Assembly (NCBI GenBank): GCA_965233865.1
Contig: OZ247587.1
Span: 1,024,001-1,088,000, forward strand
Source: Candidatus Neptunichlamydia sp.
Lineage (GTDB): Bacteria > Chlamydiota > Chlamydiia > Chlamydiales > Simkaniaceae
Length of the DNA stretch: 64,000 bases
Direction of reading: 5' to 3'
Part shown: one piece after another, positions 28,764 to 38,506 of the stretch
Layout: each line of letters starts with the position of its first letter
How positions within the stretch are numbered: the stretch's first letter is position 1
The notes under the pieces: generated by a model
The model's input: the letters and a program-made list of their open reading frames with translations, nothing else
Told to the model about the DNA's origin: nothing
The model's database searches: none
Made by a program: the position numbers and the translations under genes

Positions 28764-29363
28764 TGATCTTCCCCCGAAAAACAGGACAGTTATGATATAG
28801 ACTTCTCGAACTTAAAGAGGAGTAAAAGTAAATGAAAAAATTCAATGATGAATTTAAAGGGAATGCGGTCAAGTTAGTGAGAGAAGAGGGGCTGAAGATA
28901 GAAGGGGTAGCAAGTGATCTGAGTATAGGTGTTTCTACGCTAAAAGTATGGCTCAGTAAGCATGACCATGGTCGATTGATTAAGACTGAAAAGCAGGCAG
29001 TCTCAGGAAGAGGAGCTGTAGAAGGGATAATATTTCATAGCGATCAAGGATCACAATACGGCTCTGAAGCAATAGATAAAAGTCTAAAGAAAAACAACAT
29101 GATTAGAAGCATGAGTGGAAAAGGAAGTTGCTATGACAATGCCCCAATGGAAAGTTTTTTCAATTCTCTTAAGAGAGAATGCGTAGGAGCTGAAGTCTTT
29201 AAAGATGCAGAAGCTGCTGAAAAGGACATATTTAATTATATAGAATACTACTATAACAATAAGAGAAGGCATTCAACATTGGGATATTTGAGCCCGGTGA
29301 AATTTGAAGAAAAACATGAGAATAGTCTATGTTAAAAATGTCTACAGAAACGGGGGAAGATCA
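28764..29363 (+). mobile_element. IS3 family internally deleted element (600 bp)
   Basis: Terminal IRs TGATCTTCCCCCG...CGGGGGAAGATCA; ORF 28832-29335 fuses OrfA HTH to OrfB HSDQGSQY/CYDNAPMESF/RRHSTLGY. Confidence 0.9.
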
Positions 29364-29413
29364 GAAATCTAGTATTCCGGATATAGTCCGGATTTTCCTC
29401 GTCAAGAAAGGTG

Positions 29414-29486
<73 letters not shown>

Positions 29487-29542
29487 GTTTGCTCTCAATT
29501 AAAGGACAAACTAGAACGTTTCATGGTAGAGGTTTGAAAAAT

Positions 29543-31519
29543 TTAGCGCAAGGGCTTTTCTCTGCTGATTGAGATCATATCTTTGACGATTTCAACTGCT
29601 TCGTTCATCTGAAGATCGTTTGATCCAAAGTTTTCATCTTGGGCATCGCAACGAGATTGCCCTCTAGATTTTTTGTGACGATACCCATTGCCAACCTTAA
29701 GGAAAAACTGAAAATTTTGGTTTTGATCAATTCTCTTTTGGCTATTAGAGGTTAAGCGCGGAAGCATCTGTCTCCAGTCTGATTCACGAGGCTGAAGATA
29801 AGGAACAGTAAATCGGGCTACATCGCGGTATGACCCTTGTTTGATATTCATGAGAGAGTGAAATACATCCCCACTCAGGTGATCATTTGAGAGAGGAAAT
29901 TCAAGATAGCGCTCACCGATATTGTAAGGAAAGAAAATGGTTGGCACAACAATATCTGATTGAACCCCTTGAATCTGAGGTGATCGACCAGAGGCGGTGT
30001 AATAGCGACCGACCGTCACTTTAAAGAAAGACCTGGCTTTCTCGTCTGTAATCGTTTGATATTGCATCGATCCTTTTCCATAAGAGCGCTCATCTCCAAC
30101 GATAAGGGCAACACCATAATCTTGTAGTGCTTGGGCAACAATTTCAGCAGCTGATGCAGAGGCCTTAGAAGTCAAGATGATAAGAGGTCCATCGAAATAG
30201 CGCCGCCCGTCGATGTTTCGCTGGTAACTCACTTCACCATCGGCATACTTTGAAATAACAATGAGCCCACCCTGAATGAAAAATGAAGAAACTTTAACCG
30301 CTTGACTTAAGAACCCTCCTGAATTCTCACGAAAATCCATGACAATCCCTTGGAGATCTCCTTCCTGCTTAAGCGCGCGGAGCGCCTCGCGAAGATCTCG
30401 ATCCAAGCTAATAGCTCCCCCATTATCGTAAAATGCCGGAACGTTAATTTTCCCAATGATCCCATCACCATTGGGAACAAATTCTAGGGAGAGACGCTCA
30501 TCATCCATCGTAATCTTCTCTCGGATTAGGTCAACATGAACAATTGTCTCATTCCTTTTGATCCCCAAGGTTACTTTAGACCCTGATTTTCCTTTCATCA
30601 CCTCAAGGAGCTCTTCAAAAACAAGCTCTTCAACCCCTTGGTGGTTAACTGCAACAAGAATATCTCCAACGTGGATGTTCCTACTCTTTTTAGCAGGCCC
30701 TCCTTTAACGACATCGGAAATATAGACACCATCAAAGTCTTCACGGAGAACAACTCCCACTCCTGAAAATTCTTTCTTTAAGGCTGCCCGGATTTCATAT
30801 GCTTCTCGAGGACTGTAGTAACCCGTATGAGCATCAAGGCTTTTTGCCATAGCCTTAAGCATGTGCAATGCTAAGGTATGTTCAGTCGGGTTTAAATACT
30901 GAGACTCAAAGGAAATTGATTTCTTTGAGCGGTGATTCAGAATTTTTTGGATGAGCTGAGGATTTAGTAAAACATCATTTCTTCCCTTCATATAAGCTTT
31001 TAGCTCAAGAATCAGTCGATTGCGAACCCTTTCTCTGAGTTCTTGCTCAGCGCTTGAATAGCTTGGATAAGAAGTTGTTATAGAGGGGGTAAGATCCTCT
31101 ATCCCTCCATCAATCAGGCGCTCAATCTCCTCGTGTCGAATCTTTTGGTTCCTATGGATGGATTTTTCAATAAGAAAGTTTAGGTTCCAGTATTCAGGAT
31201 ATTGATCTCGGTGAAAGTCACTGATTACCTTTTGGATTTGCCTGGGTGTAAAAGAAAGAAAGGGTTCAACTTCTTTCTTTAATAGGTAGAGACAATCCGG
31301 GTCAAACTGTTCAATATAGATTTTAAGGGAGCGTTTGACAACTAGAGGAGAAAACTCTTTATTTTCAACATGGTAAGTAAACATTTTATCCATGCTTGGT
31401 CGCACGTCTTGAAGTGAGAGCGTGTAAGGGTCGCTTGCAAATGCTGTTGAAACAAAAATAAAGAGAAAAATAAATCTCGAAAAAAACGCCCTTCCCATAA
31501 TCTCCATTTTTTCTTTCAC
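29543..31519 (-). CDS. tsp: Tail-specific (S41) protease with PDZ domain
   Basis: LDAHTGY, GVGV PDZ, DFRENSGG, ASASAAEI, GKGSMQ. Confidence 0.92.
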   Translation of the reverse strand: MKEKMEIMGRAFFSRFIFLFIFVSTAFASDPYTLSLQDVRPSMDKMFTYHVENKEFSPLVVKRSLKIYIEQFDPDCLYLLKKEVEPFLSFTPRQIQKVISDFHRDQYPEYWNLNFLIEKSIHRNQKIRHEEIERLIDGGIEDLTPSITTSYPSYSSAEQELRERVRNRLILELKAYMKGRNDVLLNPQLIQKILNHRSKKSISFESQYLNPTEHTLALHMLKAMAKSLDAHTGYYSPREAYEIRAALKKEFSGVGVVLREDFDGVYISDVVKGGPAKKSRNIHVGDILVAVNHQGVEELVFEELLEVMKGKSGSKVTLGIKRNETIVHVDLIREKITMDDERLSLEFVPNGDGIIGKINVPAFYDNGGAISLDRDLREALRALKQEGDLQGIVMDFRENSGGFLSQAVKVSSFFIQGGLIVISKYADGEVSYQRNIDGRRYFDGPLIILTSKASASAAEIVAQALQDYGVALIVGDERSYGKGSMQYQTITDEKARSFFKVTVGRYYTASGRSPQIQGVQSDIVVPTIFFPYNIGERYLEFPLSNDHLSGDVFHSLMNIKQGSYRDVARFTVPYLQPRESDWRQMLPRLTSNSQKRIDQNQNFQFFLKVGNGYRHKKSRGQSRCDAQDENFGSNDLQMNEAVEIVKDMISISREKPLR

Positions 31520-31729
31520 TATACAAATTGAAAAATTAAATGGTTCGTTTTAGAGTAAAATAATTTTATGCAAATGAAATTTAATTATTTAACAACCAAG
31601 TCGTTTTTTGATAGCAAGCGAGCAGGCTGTTGCAAATAATTAGCGCAGTAGGATATATTATTCGTTTACCTCGGTAATACTTAGTCCCGTATGGGATCGA
31701 CAACAATATAAATAGGAGTAAAGGCCTCA

Positions 31730-32101
31730 ATGCCAACGATTAACCAGCTCGTGCGTAAACCACGATCACCTAAAAAGAAGAAAAAGAAGTCTCCTGCGCT
31801 CCAAAAATGTCCTCAAAGAAGGGGTGTTTGTCTTCAAGTGAAGACTAAGACTCCTAAAAAACCAAACTCGGCACTTCGTAAAGTTGCTTGGGTTCGCCTA
31901 TCTAACGGGCAGGAAGTAATCGCGTATATCGGCGGTGAAGGACATAACCTGCAGGAACATAGCATCGTCCTCGTAAGAGGTGGAAGAGTGAAAGACCTCC
32001 CCGGTGTTCGCTACCATATCGTCCGCGGTTCACTTGACTGTGCAGCCGTTAAAGACCGAAAGAAAGGCCGATCGAAATACGGCGCAAAGAAACCCAAGTA
32101 A
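31730..32101 (+). CDS. rpsL: 30S ribosomal protein S12
   Basis: MPTINQLVR...[10 protein letters not shown]...[10 protein letters not shown]. Confidence 0.99.
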   Translation: MPTINQLVRKPRSPKKKKKKSPALQKCPQRRGVCLQVKTKTPKKPNSALRKVAWVRLSNGQEVIAYIGGEGHNLQEHSIVLVRGGRVKDLPGVRYHIVRGSLDCAAVKDRKKGRSKYGAKKPK

Positions 32102-32115
32102 AGGAAAAGTGAAAC

Positions 32116-32589
32116 ATGTCTAGAAGACGTCGAGCAACGAAGAGAAAAGCTATCCCTGATCCTAAGTACAATAGTACCGTCCTTGCGAAATTCATCAATC
32201 GTGTCATGATGCACGGCAAAAAGTCTGTTGCGATTAAAATCGTATACAGCGCTCTTGAAGAGTTTTCCAAAAAAGTAAGCGCCGAAGACACCCTAAGTGC
32301 TTTTGACCAAGCTATGGAAAATGCCATGCCAACTTTGGAAGTCAAATCTCGCCGAATTGGTGGGGCTACTTATCAAGTACCGATTGAAATCCCTCCTGAG
32401 AGACGTCAGGCTATGGCTATGAAGTGGATTATTACGAATGCCCGCCAGAAAGCTGGGCGAAGCATGGCTGATGGTTTAGCAACAGAACTCTCTGATTGCT
32501 TCAACAACCAGGGAACCACAATTAAAAAGAAAGACGACACTCACCGCATGGCCGAAGCAAACAAAGCTTTTGCTCACTACAAATGGTAA
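32116..32589 (+). CDS. rpsG: 30S ribosomal protein S7
   Basis: EVKSRRIGGATYQVP, MAEANKAFAHY. Confidence 0.99.
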   Translation: MSRRRRATKRKAIPDPKYNSTVLAKFINRVMMHGKKSVAIKIVYSALEEFSKKVSAEDTLSAFDQAMENAMPTLEVKSRRIGGATYQVPIEIPPERRQAMAMKWIITNARQKAGRSMADGLATELSDCFNNQGTTIKKKDDTHRMAEANKAFAHYKW

Positions 32590-32607
32590 AGGAGCATCTG
32601 AAACGCG

Positions 32608-34704
32608 ATGGCAAATAAACGCCCACCACAAGATAAGTTAGGAAATGTACGCAACATTGGCATCATGGCCCACATCGATGCCGGAAAAACCACTTGCACA
32701 GAGAGAATCCTATATTACTCCGGTCGTGTACACCGCATCGGTGAGGTCCATGAAGGGGCTGCTACAATGGACTGGATGGAACAGGAACAAGAGCGCGGGA
32801 TTACCATTACTTCTGCAGCTACAACTGTTTATTGGAAAGATTACAAAATCAACATTATTGACACACCAGGACACGTTGATTTTACCGTTGAAGTAGAGCG
32901 CTCCCTGCGAGTCCTTGATGGATCTGTCGCTGTCTTTAGTGCAGTAGATGGAGTGCAACCCCAATCTGAGACTGTGTGGCGGCAAGCTGAGAAATATAAC
33001 GTACCTAGAATTGCTTTCATCAATAAAATGGATCGTGTTGGCGCTGACTACTTCTACTGTATCAAGAGTATGCAAGAGAAGCTCGGTGCAAATGCTATAC
33101 CTGTTCAATACCCCATCGGAGCTGAAAATGACTTCTTAGGGATGTGTGATCTCGTTTCTATGAAAGCCTATGTTTTCAAAGACGAAACCCTAGGCGCTGA
33201 GTTCGAAACCACTGACATTCCTGATGACCTGAAAGAAAAATGCCAAGAGCTTCGCGCAAAGTTGCTTGAAGAGCTTGCAACAATTGATGAGTCAAATGAA
33301 GAATTCATGATGAAGGTTCTTGAAGCACCTGATACCTTGACTGAAGATGAAATTCACGCAGCCATTCGAAAGGGTGTTGTCACAAACAAGTTTAATCCTG
33401 TTCTTTGTGGTTCAGCATTCAAGAACAAGGGAGTTCAACCCCTTCTTGATGCTGTAACAAAGTGGATGCCTTCTCCTTTAGATCGAGGAACGATTAAAGG
33501 GCTTGATGTTGATTCTGATGAAGAACTCACACTTGAGCCTGCAGATGATAGTCCTCTTGCTGCACTTGCCTTTAAAGTTGTCACCGACCCTTACGTCGGT
33601 CGTTTAACGTTTGTTCGTGTTTACTCAGGAACTCTTGCAAAAGGAATGACTCTAATTAACACTACAAAAGGCAAAAAAGAACGTGTTTCAAGGCTACTTG
33701 AAATGCACTCGAACCAACGAAAGGATCGTGAGGAGTTCTTTACAGGAGATATTGCAGCGATTATTGGGCTGAAGAACACTACTACTGGAGATACTCTTTG
33801 TGCTGAAAGTAATCCTCTTCTTTTAGAGAAAATGGAATTTCCCGAGCCTGTAATTTCAATGGCAATTGAGCCAAAATCAAAAAGCGATAGAGAAAAACTT
33901 TCAGTAGCATTAGGCTCCCTTTCTGAAGAAGATCCAACTTTCCGCGTTACGTCAAACGAGGAAACAGGGCAAACAATTATTGCTGGGATGGGTGAACTGC
34001 ACCTCGAAATTTTAAAAGATCGAATGTTCCGCGAATTCAAGGTTGAGGCAAATGTGGGTGCACCGCAGGTCTCATATAAAGAAACTATTACCGCGCCTGG
34101 AAAAACAGAAACCAAGTTTGTAAAACAATCTGGTGGTCGTGGTCAGTACGCGCATGTCTGCTTAGAGATTGAACCAAACGAGTCGGGCAAAGGCAACGAA
34201 GTTGTTAGCAAAATTGTTGGTGGAGTTATCCCAAGAGAATACATCCCTGCATGTATCAAAGGGGTAGAAGAAGGTCTTACCAACGGGGTTCTTGCAGGCT
34301 TTAGCTTGGTTGATGTTAAAGTGGCGATCGTATTTGGATCGTTCCACGAAGTGGATTCAAACGAGATGGCCTTTAAGATTTGCTCTTCAATGGCAATTAA
34401 AGACGCTGCTAAGAAAAGTAAGCCAATTATCCTTGAACCAATTATGAAGGTTGTAGTGACAACTCCTGAAGATTATTTAGGAGATGTTATGGGCGATATC
34501 AACAGGCGTCGTGGAAAAATCCAAAATCAAGGGAATGAAAAAGGTGTTGTCCTCTTCGAATGTGAAGTTCCCTTAAGTGAAATGTTTGGTTACTCGACAA
34601 CACTCCGTTCACTCAGCTCGGGCCGCGCGACATACACCATGGAGCCTAGCCACTTTGAACGTGTTCCTACAAAAATCCAAGAAGAAATTACAAAGAGACA
34701 ATAA
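32608..34704 (+). CDS. fusA: Elongation factor G
   Basis: [32 protein letters not shown]. Confidence 0.99.
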   Translation: MANKRPPQDKLGNVRNIGIMAHIDAGKTTCTERILYYSGRVHRIGEVHEGAATMDWMEQEQERGITITSAATTVYWKDYKINIIDTPGHVDFTVEVERSLRVLDGSVAVFSAVDGVQPQSETVWRQAEKYNVPRIAFINKMDRVGADYFYCIKSMQEKLGANAIPVQYPIGAENDFLGMCDLVSMKAYVFKDETLGAEFETTDIPDDLKEKCQELRAKLLEELATIDESNEEFMMKVLEAPDTLTEDEIHAAIRKGVVTNKFNPVLCGSAFKNKGVQPLLDAVTKWMPSPLDRGTIKGLDVDSDEELTLEPADDSPLAALAFKVVTDPYVGRLTFVRVYSGTLAKGMTLINTTKGKKERVSRLLEMHSNQRKDREEFFTGDIAAIIGLKNTTTGDTLCAESNPLLLEKMEFPEPVISMAIEPKSKSDREKLSVALGSLSEEDPTFRVTSNEETGQTIIAGMGELHLEILKDRMFREFKVEANVGAPQVSYKETITAPGKTETKFVKQSGGRGQYAHVCLEIEPNESGKGNEVVSKIVGGVIPREYIPACIKGVEEGLTNGVLAGFSLVDVKVAIVFGSFHEVDSNEMAFKICSSMAIKDAAKKSKPIILEPIMKVVVTTPEDYLGDVMGDINRRRGKIQNQGNEKGVVLFECEVPLSEMFGYSTTLRSLSSGRATYTMEPSHFERVPTKIQEEITKRQ

Positions 34705-35040
34705 ATGGCAAAAGAACCAAAGGTAAAAGAACCTAGTAGAAAAAAGATAAGAGTCCGCCTTAAAGGATATGACCAGCGCATTCTTGACCGCTCAACTGCC
34801 GATATTGTTGAGACAGCAAAGAGAACTGGCGCACGGATTGTTGGGCCGATTCCCCTTCCTACGAAGCGAGAAATCTATACTGTCCTCCGCTCCCCTCACG
34901 TTGACCGAAAGTCGCGAGAGCAATTTGAGATCCGTACTCACATTCGCCTTCTCGATATTATTAACCCCACACTTGACACGATTGACAAACTTAAAGTCCT
35001 TCCTGTCGCAGCCGGTGTCGACATCAAAATTAAGGCCTAG
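34705..35040 (+). CDS. rpsJ: 30S ribosomal protein S10
   Basis: [10 protein letters not shown]...[21 protein letters not shown]. Confidence 0.98.
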   Translation: MAKEPKVKEPSRKKIRVRLKGYDQRILDRSTADIVETAKRTGARIVGPIPLPTKREIYTVLRSPHVDRKSREQFEIRTHIRLLDIINPTLDTIDKLKVLPVAAGVDIKIKA

Positions 35041-35059
35041 CACCAACAAAGCTTACTTC

Positions 35060-35087
35060 AAAAGCCCTAGAAATCTTGGGGCTTTTT
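35060..35087 (+). terminator. Intrinsic terminator of str operon
   Basis: AAAAGCCC...GGGCTTTTT after rpsJ stop. Confidence 0.7.
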
Positions 35088-35098
35088 GCATCCTTTAA

Positions 35099-35120
35099 AT
35101 AACGTGGATTCGATTTTTAA
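35099..35120 (+). repeat. 22-bp direct repeat copy 1 (IS982-like terminus)
   Basis: ATAACGTGGATTCGATTTTTAA, 21/22 identical to 36093-36114. Confidence 0.65.
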
Positions 35121-35234
35121 GTTCTACATATAGCTGAATTATTTTAAATTAGTTATAGGCAATATTCCTTGAAAAGTTCATCTACTCCACACTGGTATTT
35201 CCTTCGTTTGGATTTTGCTTAGGCCCACTTATGT

Positions 35235-35301
35235 TCAGCTGTCATCCTTTATTCACTAGGAAAAGCATCATATGATTTTATAGCTAAGTTATTTGGAGTT
35301 A
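35235..35301 (+). mobile_element. IS1-like transposase fragment
   Basis: SAVILYSLGKASYDFIAKLFGV resembles InsA helix-turn-helix. Confidence 0.45.
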
Positions 35302-35951
35302 CTAGAGCTGCCGTCCTAAACAGGTATAAGCGGCTTTGGTTACCACTTTGCTTCCTTCCCTGACTTTGTAATGTATCGCATCAAAAAAGATGATAGGGTA
35401 AATGTTTGACAAAGGACGCGATTGCCATTCTGCGGCAACTTCCAATACCTTATCAGTAATATTTGAGACCATAGCAGGAGAGATATCTGCTCCATAGAGC
35501 TCTTTAATATGCCCCTGAATATCACGAGTCGTCATACCCCGAGCATACATTGAGATAATCTTATCATTAGAGGAGCTGATATGACCATCCCTCTTCTTAA
35601 TTAGCTTGGGCTCAAACTCGCTTTTCCTATCTCGAGGTACCTCTATCTCTATAGGTCCATGCGTGTTCTGTATGACTTTTTTGTTTTTCCCATTCCGGTT
35701 GTTATCGGTATTATTACCCTTGATGGCGTGCTCTTCATATCCTAAGTGCCCTTCCATCTCTTTCTCGAGCATTTTCTCAACCATTCCACCAATGAGCTTT
35801 TGGATTAGCCCATTTTGACCGGTTAGGTCTTCCATGGTTGCGCACTTATCTAATTCTTCTTCGAAATCATAATTCATGATTTATCCTTGTGTGAAATCAA
35901 CGTTATTTTTCCTTAACATTTTTTCATTTACACAGTTATTCTTACAGTCTC
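35302..35951 (-). mobile_element. IS256 family element, 5' half (truncated transposase 35302-35877)
   Basis: IRL GAGACTGTAAGAATAACTGTGTAAAT; EM..HLGY, RNGK, VPRDR..FEP, MYARGMTTRDI, FFDAI. Confidence 0.9.
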
Positions 35952-36092
35952 GAAAAAGAAGCAAGTACCGTTCCTGTTCAGCAAGCATCTCATCCCTGTC
36001 CAACTTCAGTGGTTGCTGTGCAGTCTCCTTTCCAAACCGTGTATATGCAGCCTCCTTTTGTACAGAATATTTATATGCAGCCTACTTCTAAT

Positions 36093-36114
36093 ATAACGTG
36101 AATTCGATTTTTAA
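36093..36114 (+). repeat. 22-bp direct repeat copy 2 (IS982-like terminus)
   Basis: ATAACGTGAATTCGATTTTTAA. Confidence 0.65.
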
Positions 36115-36168
36115 CGTACAGGATGTTAATTTTTTAAGGTAAAAATCTTAGATAAAAAAAGCCTCCTT

Positions 36169-36376
36169 TTTGCTCATGCCTTGGATCAAATGTAAAATCG
36201 GGGGTTTACTCCTTTAGTTATTGAAAAAACAATAAAAGATGGTTTAAATATCACCAAATAGGATCATGGGGAGAATGCAATTTTATGACCCAGTAAATAA
36301 TATTTCAGTGGTGACTGAATATGGCCATATAGTAACCACGATGTATGGTATAGATAGAGTTTTCAGGGAGTACTGA
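36169..36376 (+). pseudogene. Polymorphic toxin C-terminal domain remnant (DUF4258/BECR-like RNase)
   Basis: FAHALDQM*NRGFTPLVIEKTIKDG(frameshift)SPNRIMGRMQFYDPVNNISVVTEYGHIVTTMYG. Confidence 0.6.
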
Positions 36377-36416
36377 ACATAACTAAAACAAGTTATTTTA
36401 GCTATATTGTAAAACT

Positions 36417-36560
36417 ATGAAATTATTAAGTGAATATGAATTAAGACAAATTCAAAGAATGGAATCCCATAGGTATTCAGAATACCTCAGAAATATATGA
36501 TAAGTATGAGGCTTACACAGCTATCTATATCAGGAGAAGAATGATGAGATGGCTTGCTAA
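36417..36560 (+). pseudogene. Putative immunity protein remnant
   Basis: KEWNPIGIQNTSEIYDKYEAY resembles WDPIG...DEYDSY small proteins; directly follows toxin remnant. Confidence 0.45.
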
Positions 36561-36750
36561 TACCCCTCCTTCAAAGTCTCGACTCTATGAAATCAAACAC
36601 GAGGGGGGGTAACGTATATACGTGATCATTTACAAGATACCCTAAAAATGGCGATAAAATGCGCTCAGGAAGACTATGACATGCCAAAAAATGCAGTTGT
36701 TAATCATCTGAAAATACTCCAATGGACTTGGGGAGAGCATTTCAACAAGC

Positions 36751-37758
36751 CTATGTGAACAATAGGCTTTGATATATCCCTTCGTAACTGTTCATACATC
36801 TTTCCCAAAGGTACTTTTCTTCAAACCGCTTTTTTGCTTCCTTCGTATAGTCCTCTTTTGCAAGGACTGCTTCGGCATATTTTTGAGGATCTTTGTGATC
36901 CATAAGAGTCGCGAGTGGTCCAGGTTCAACCACCTCTTCAAAAGCAGAAATGCGAGAGGCTATGATGGGAATTTCCATCGCCATGGCTTCGAGAAGTAGC
37001 AGAGAGCAAGCTTCCCAAACAGAGGGAATCAAGACAGTTTCCGCTTCTGCAAGTTGTTTGAGAGCATCATCGCGCGGCAACTTTCCTGTAACCGTAACAT
37101 AGGGGCTCGCTTTCATTTCTTCTTCAAGTTCACCGCCTCCGATTACCTTAAGCTGGTACCCTTTGGGTCCAAGGATCTCCATAACCTTAAGGAGGAAAAG
37201 TGGATCTTTGACAGGGGTAACACTCCCCACAAAGACAAGAAGTTTTTCCTTTGGAGCCTGTCGTTTGGGTAGTTTACTCCTGTCGATTCCATTGGGGATC
37301 ACGCAATGGTTTGCTCCTCGTATTAGATCATATCTAAGCGCGACATCTTCCTCCCCTTTAGAAACAAAGACAGTAAGGTCCGCCTTCTTAATGGCTTTCC
37401 TCTGCGCCCATTTGCTAAGCAGCACTCCTTGGTAGATGCCATGGAGACCATGAATCGTATAAACAATGGGGCATTTCTTTGGGACAAAGCTAAGAAAGAA
37501 TGCCGCTCTTCCTCCATGGACGTGGATAAGATCAGGATTCACTTCACCAATAATGCTCCGCATTTTTAATGGAATGCGCATATCAAATCGCGCTTTAAAA
37601 AAATTGACCCCATACTTAGGAATGCCGCCCGCAGCCTCTAAGGAATAGGAACCTTTCTGAGTAAGAAGGGCCGAGTTTTTCATAGAATCAATCATTTCAA
37701 GAACGAAGGTGGTCCCACCACCAGGGTTCCCATCAGCTACAATCTGCAGTACTTTCAT
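36751..37758 (-). CDS. Glycosyltransferase family 4 (GT-B)
   Basis: PGGG, DLIHVHG, YTIHG, VIPNGID, PSVWEA.SLLLLEAMA. Confidence 0.9.
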   Translation of the reverse strand: MKVLQIVADGNPGGGTTFVLEMIDSMKNSALLTQKGSYSLEAAGGIPKYGVNFFKARFDMRIPLKMRSIIGEVNPDLIHVHGGRAAFFLSFVPKKCPIVYTIHGLHGIYQGVLLSKWAQRKAIKKADLTVFVSKGEEDVALRYDLIRGANHCVIPNGIDRSKLPKRQAPKEKLLVFVGSVTPVKDPLFLLKVMEILGPKGYQLKVIGGGELEEEMKASPYVTVTGKLPRDDALKQLAEAETVLIPSVWEACSLLLLEAMAMEIPIIASRISAFEEVVEPGPLATLMDHKDPQKYAEAVLAKEDYTKEAKKRFEEKYLWERCMNSYEGIYQSLLFT

Positions 37759-37827
37759 GCGATTATCATACCACTAAATGACATTTTTTGATACGATTTG
37801 AAGAAGCAAAAAAACAATGAGAGTTTC

Positions 37828-38505
37828 ATGCTCACAACTATTGCTCGTCTATTTGGAAAGTCTCCCTTCCACCCTCTTCAGTCTCATATGAAGAAGGTGA
37901 GTAGCTGTATGAAAAAGCTCACCGAGATCTTCAATAATTTGAAAGATAAAAGCCCTGAAGAGTTGGAAAAGCTTGTTAAAGAACTTTGCAAATTAGAGCA
38001 CGAAGCAGATCTTACAAAGAATGATATTCGGAATCACTTGCCAAAGAGTTTATTCCTTCCAATCGATCGTGGACAGTTCCTCGATATTTTGTCGATTCAA
38101 GATAATATTGCTGATAAGGCAGAAGATATTGGTGAACTTCTTCTTCTCTATCCAACAAAAGAATTGGGCGATCTATGTGATCATCTTGACAGCCTTTTTA
38201 AGAAGAACATGGAGGCTTTTTGGGATGCCCGAAATATCATAAAAGAACTTCATGAACTTTTAGAATCTACTTTTGGAGGGCTTGAAGCAGAAAAAGTGAA
38301 GACAATTGTGGAAAAAACCTCTCGCCTTGAGTATGAAGCAGATAAGATGAAGCACGCTCTCTTGAAAGAATTTTTTAAATCTGCAGAATCGGTGAAAACC
38401 CCAGTGTTTTATCTTTATACTCGCCTTGTTGAGGAGATCAATGCCATCTCCCACATCTCCGAACAACTTGCAAATCGAATCCGTATGATCCTAGAGCTAA
38501 AGTAG
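37828..38505 (+). CDS. DUF47/TIGR00153 phosphate transport accessory protein
   Basis: LFGKSPF.PLQ.H, LEHEADL.KN.IR.HLP.SLFLP, QDNIADKAED; precedes PiT. Confidence 0.9.
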   Translation: MLTTIARLFGKSPFHPLQSHMKKVSSCMKKLTEIFNNLKDKSPEELEKLVKELCKLEHEADLTKNDIRNHLPKSLFLPIDRGQFLDILSIQDNIADKAEDIGELLLLYPTKELGDLCDHLDSLFKKNMEAFWDARNIIKELHELLESTFGGLEAEKVKTIVEKTSRLEYEADKMKHALLKEFFKSAESVKTPVFYLYTRLVEEINAISHISEQLANRIRMILELK

Positions 38506-38506
38506 T

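Noticed and set aside
31730..35040. str operon lacks tufA and ends in rpsJ
   Set aside because: Standard arrangement in chlamydiae; useful for taxonomy, not novel
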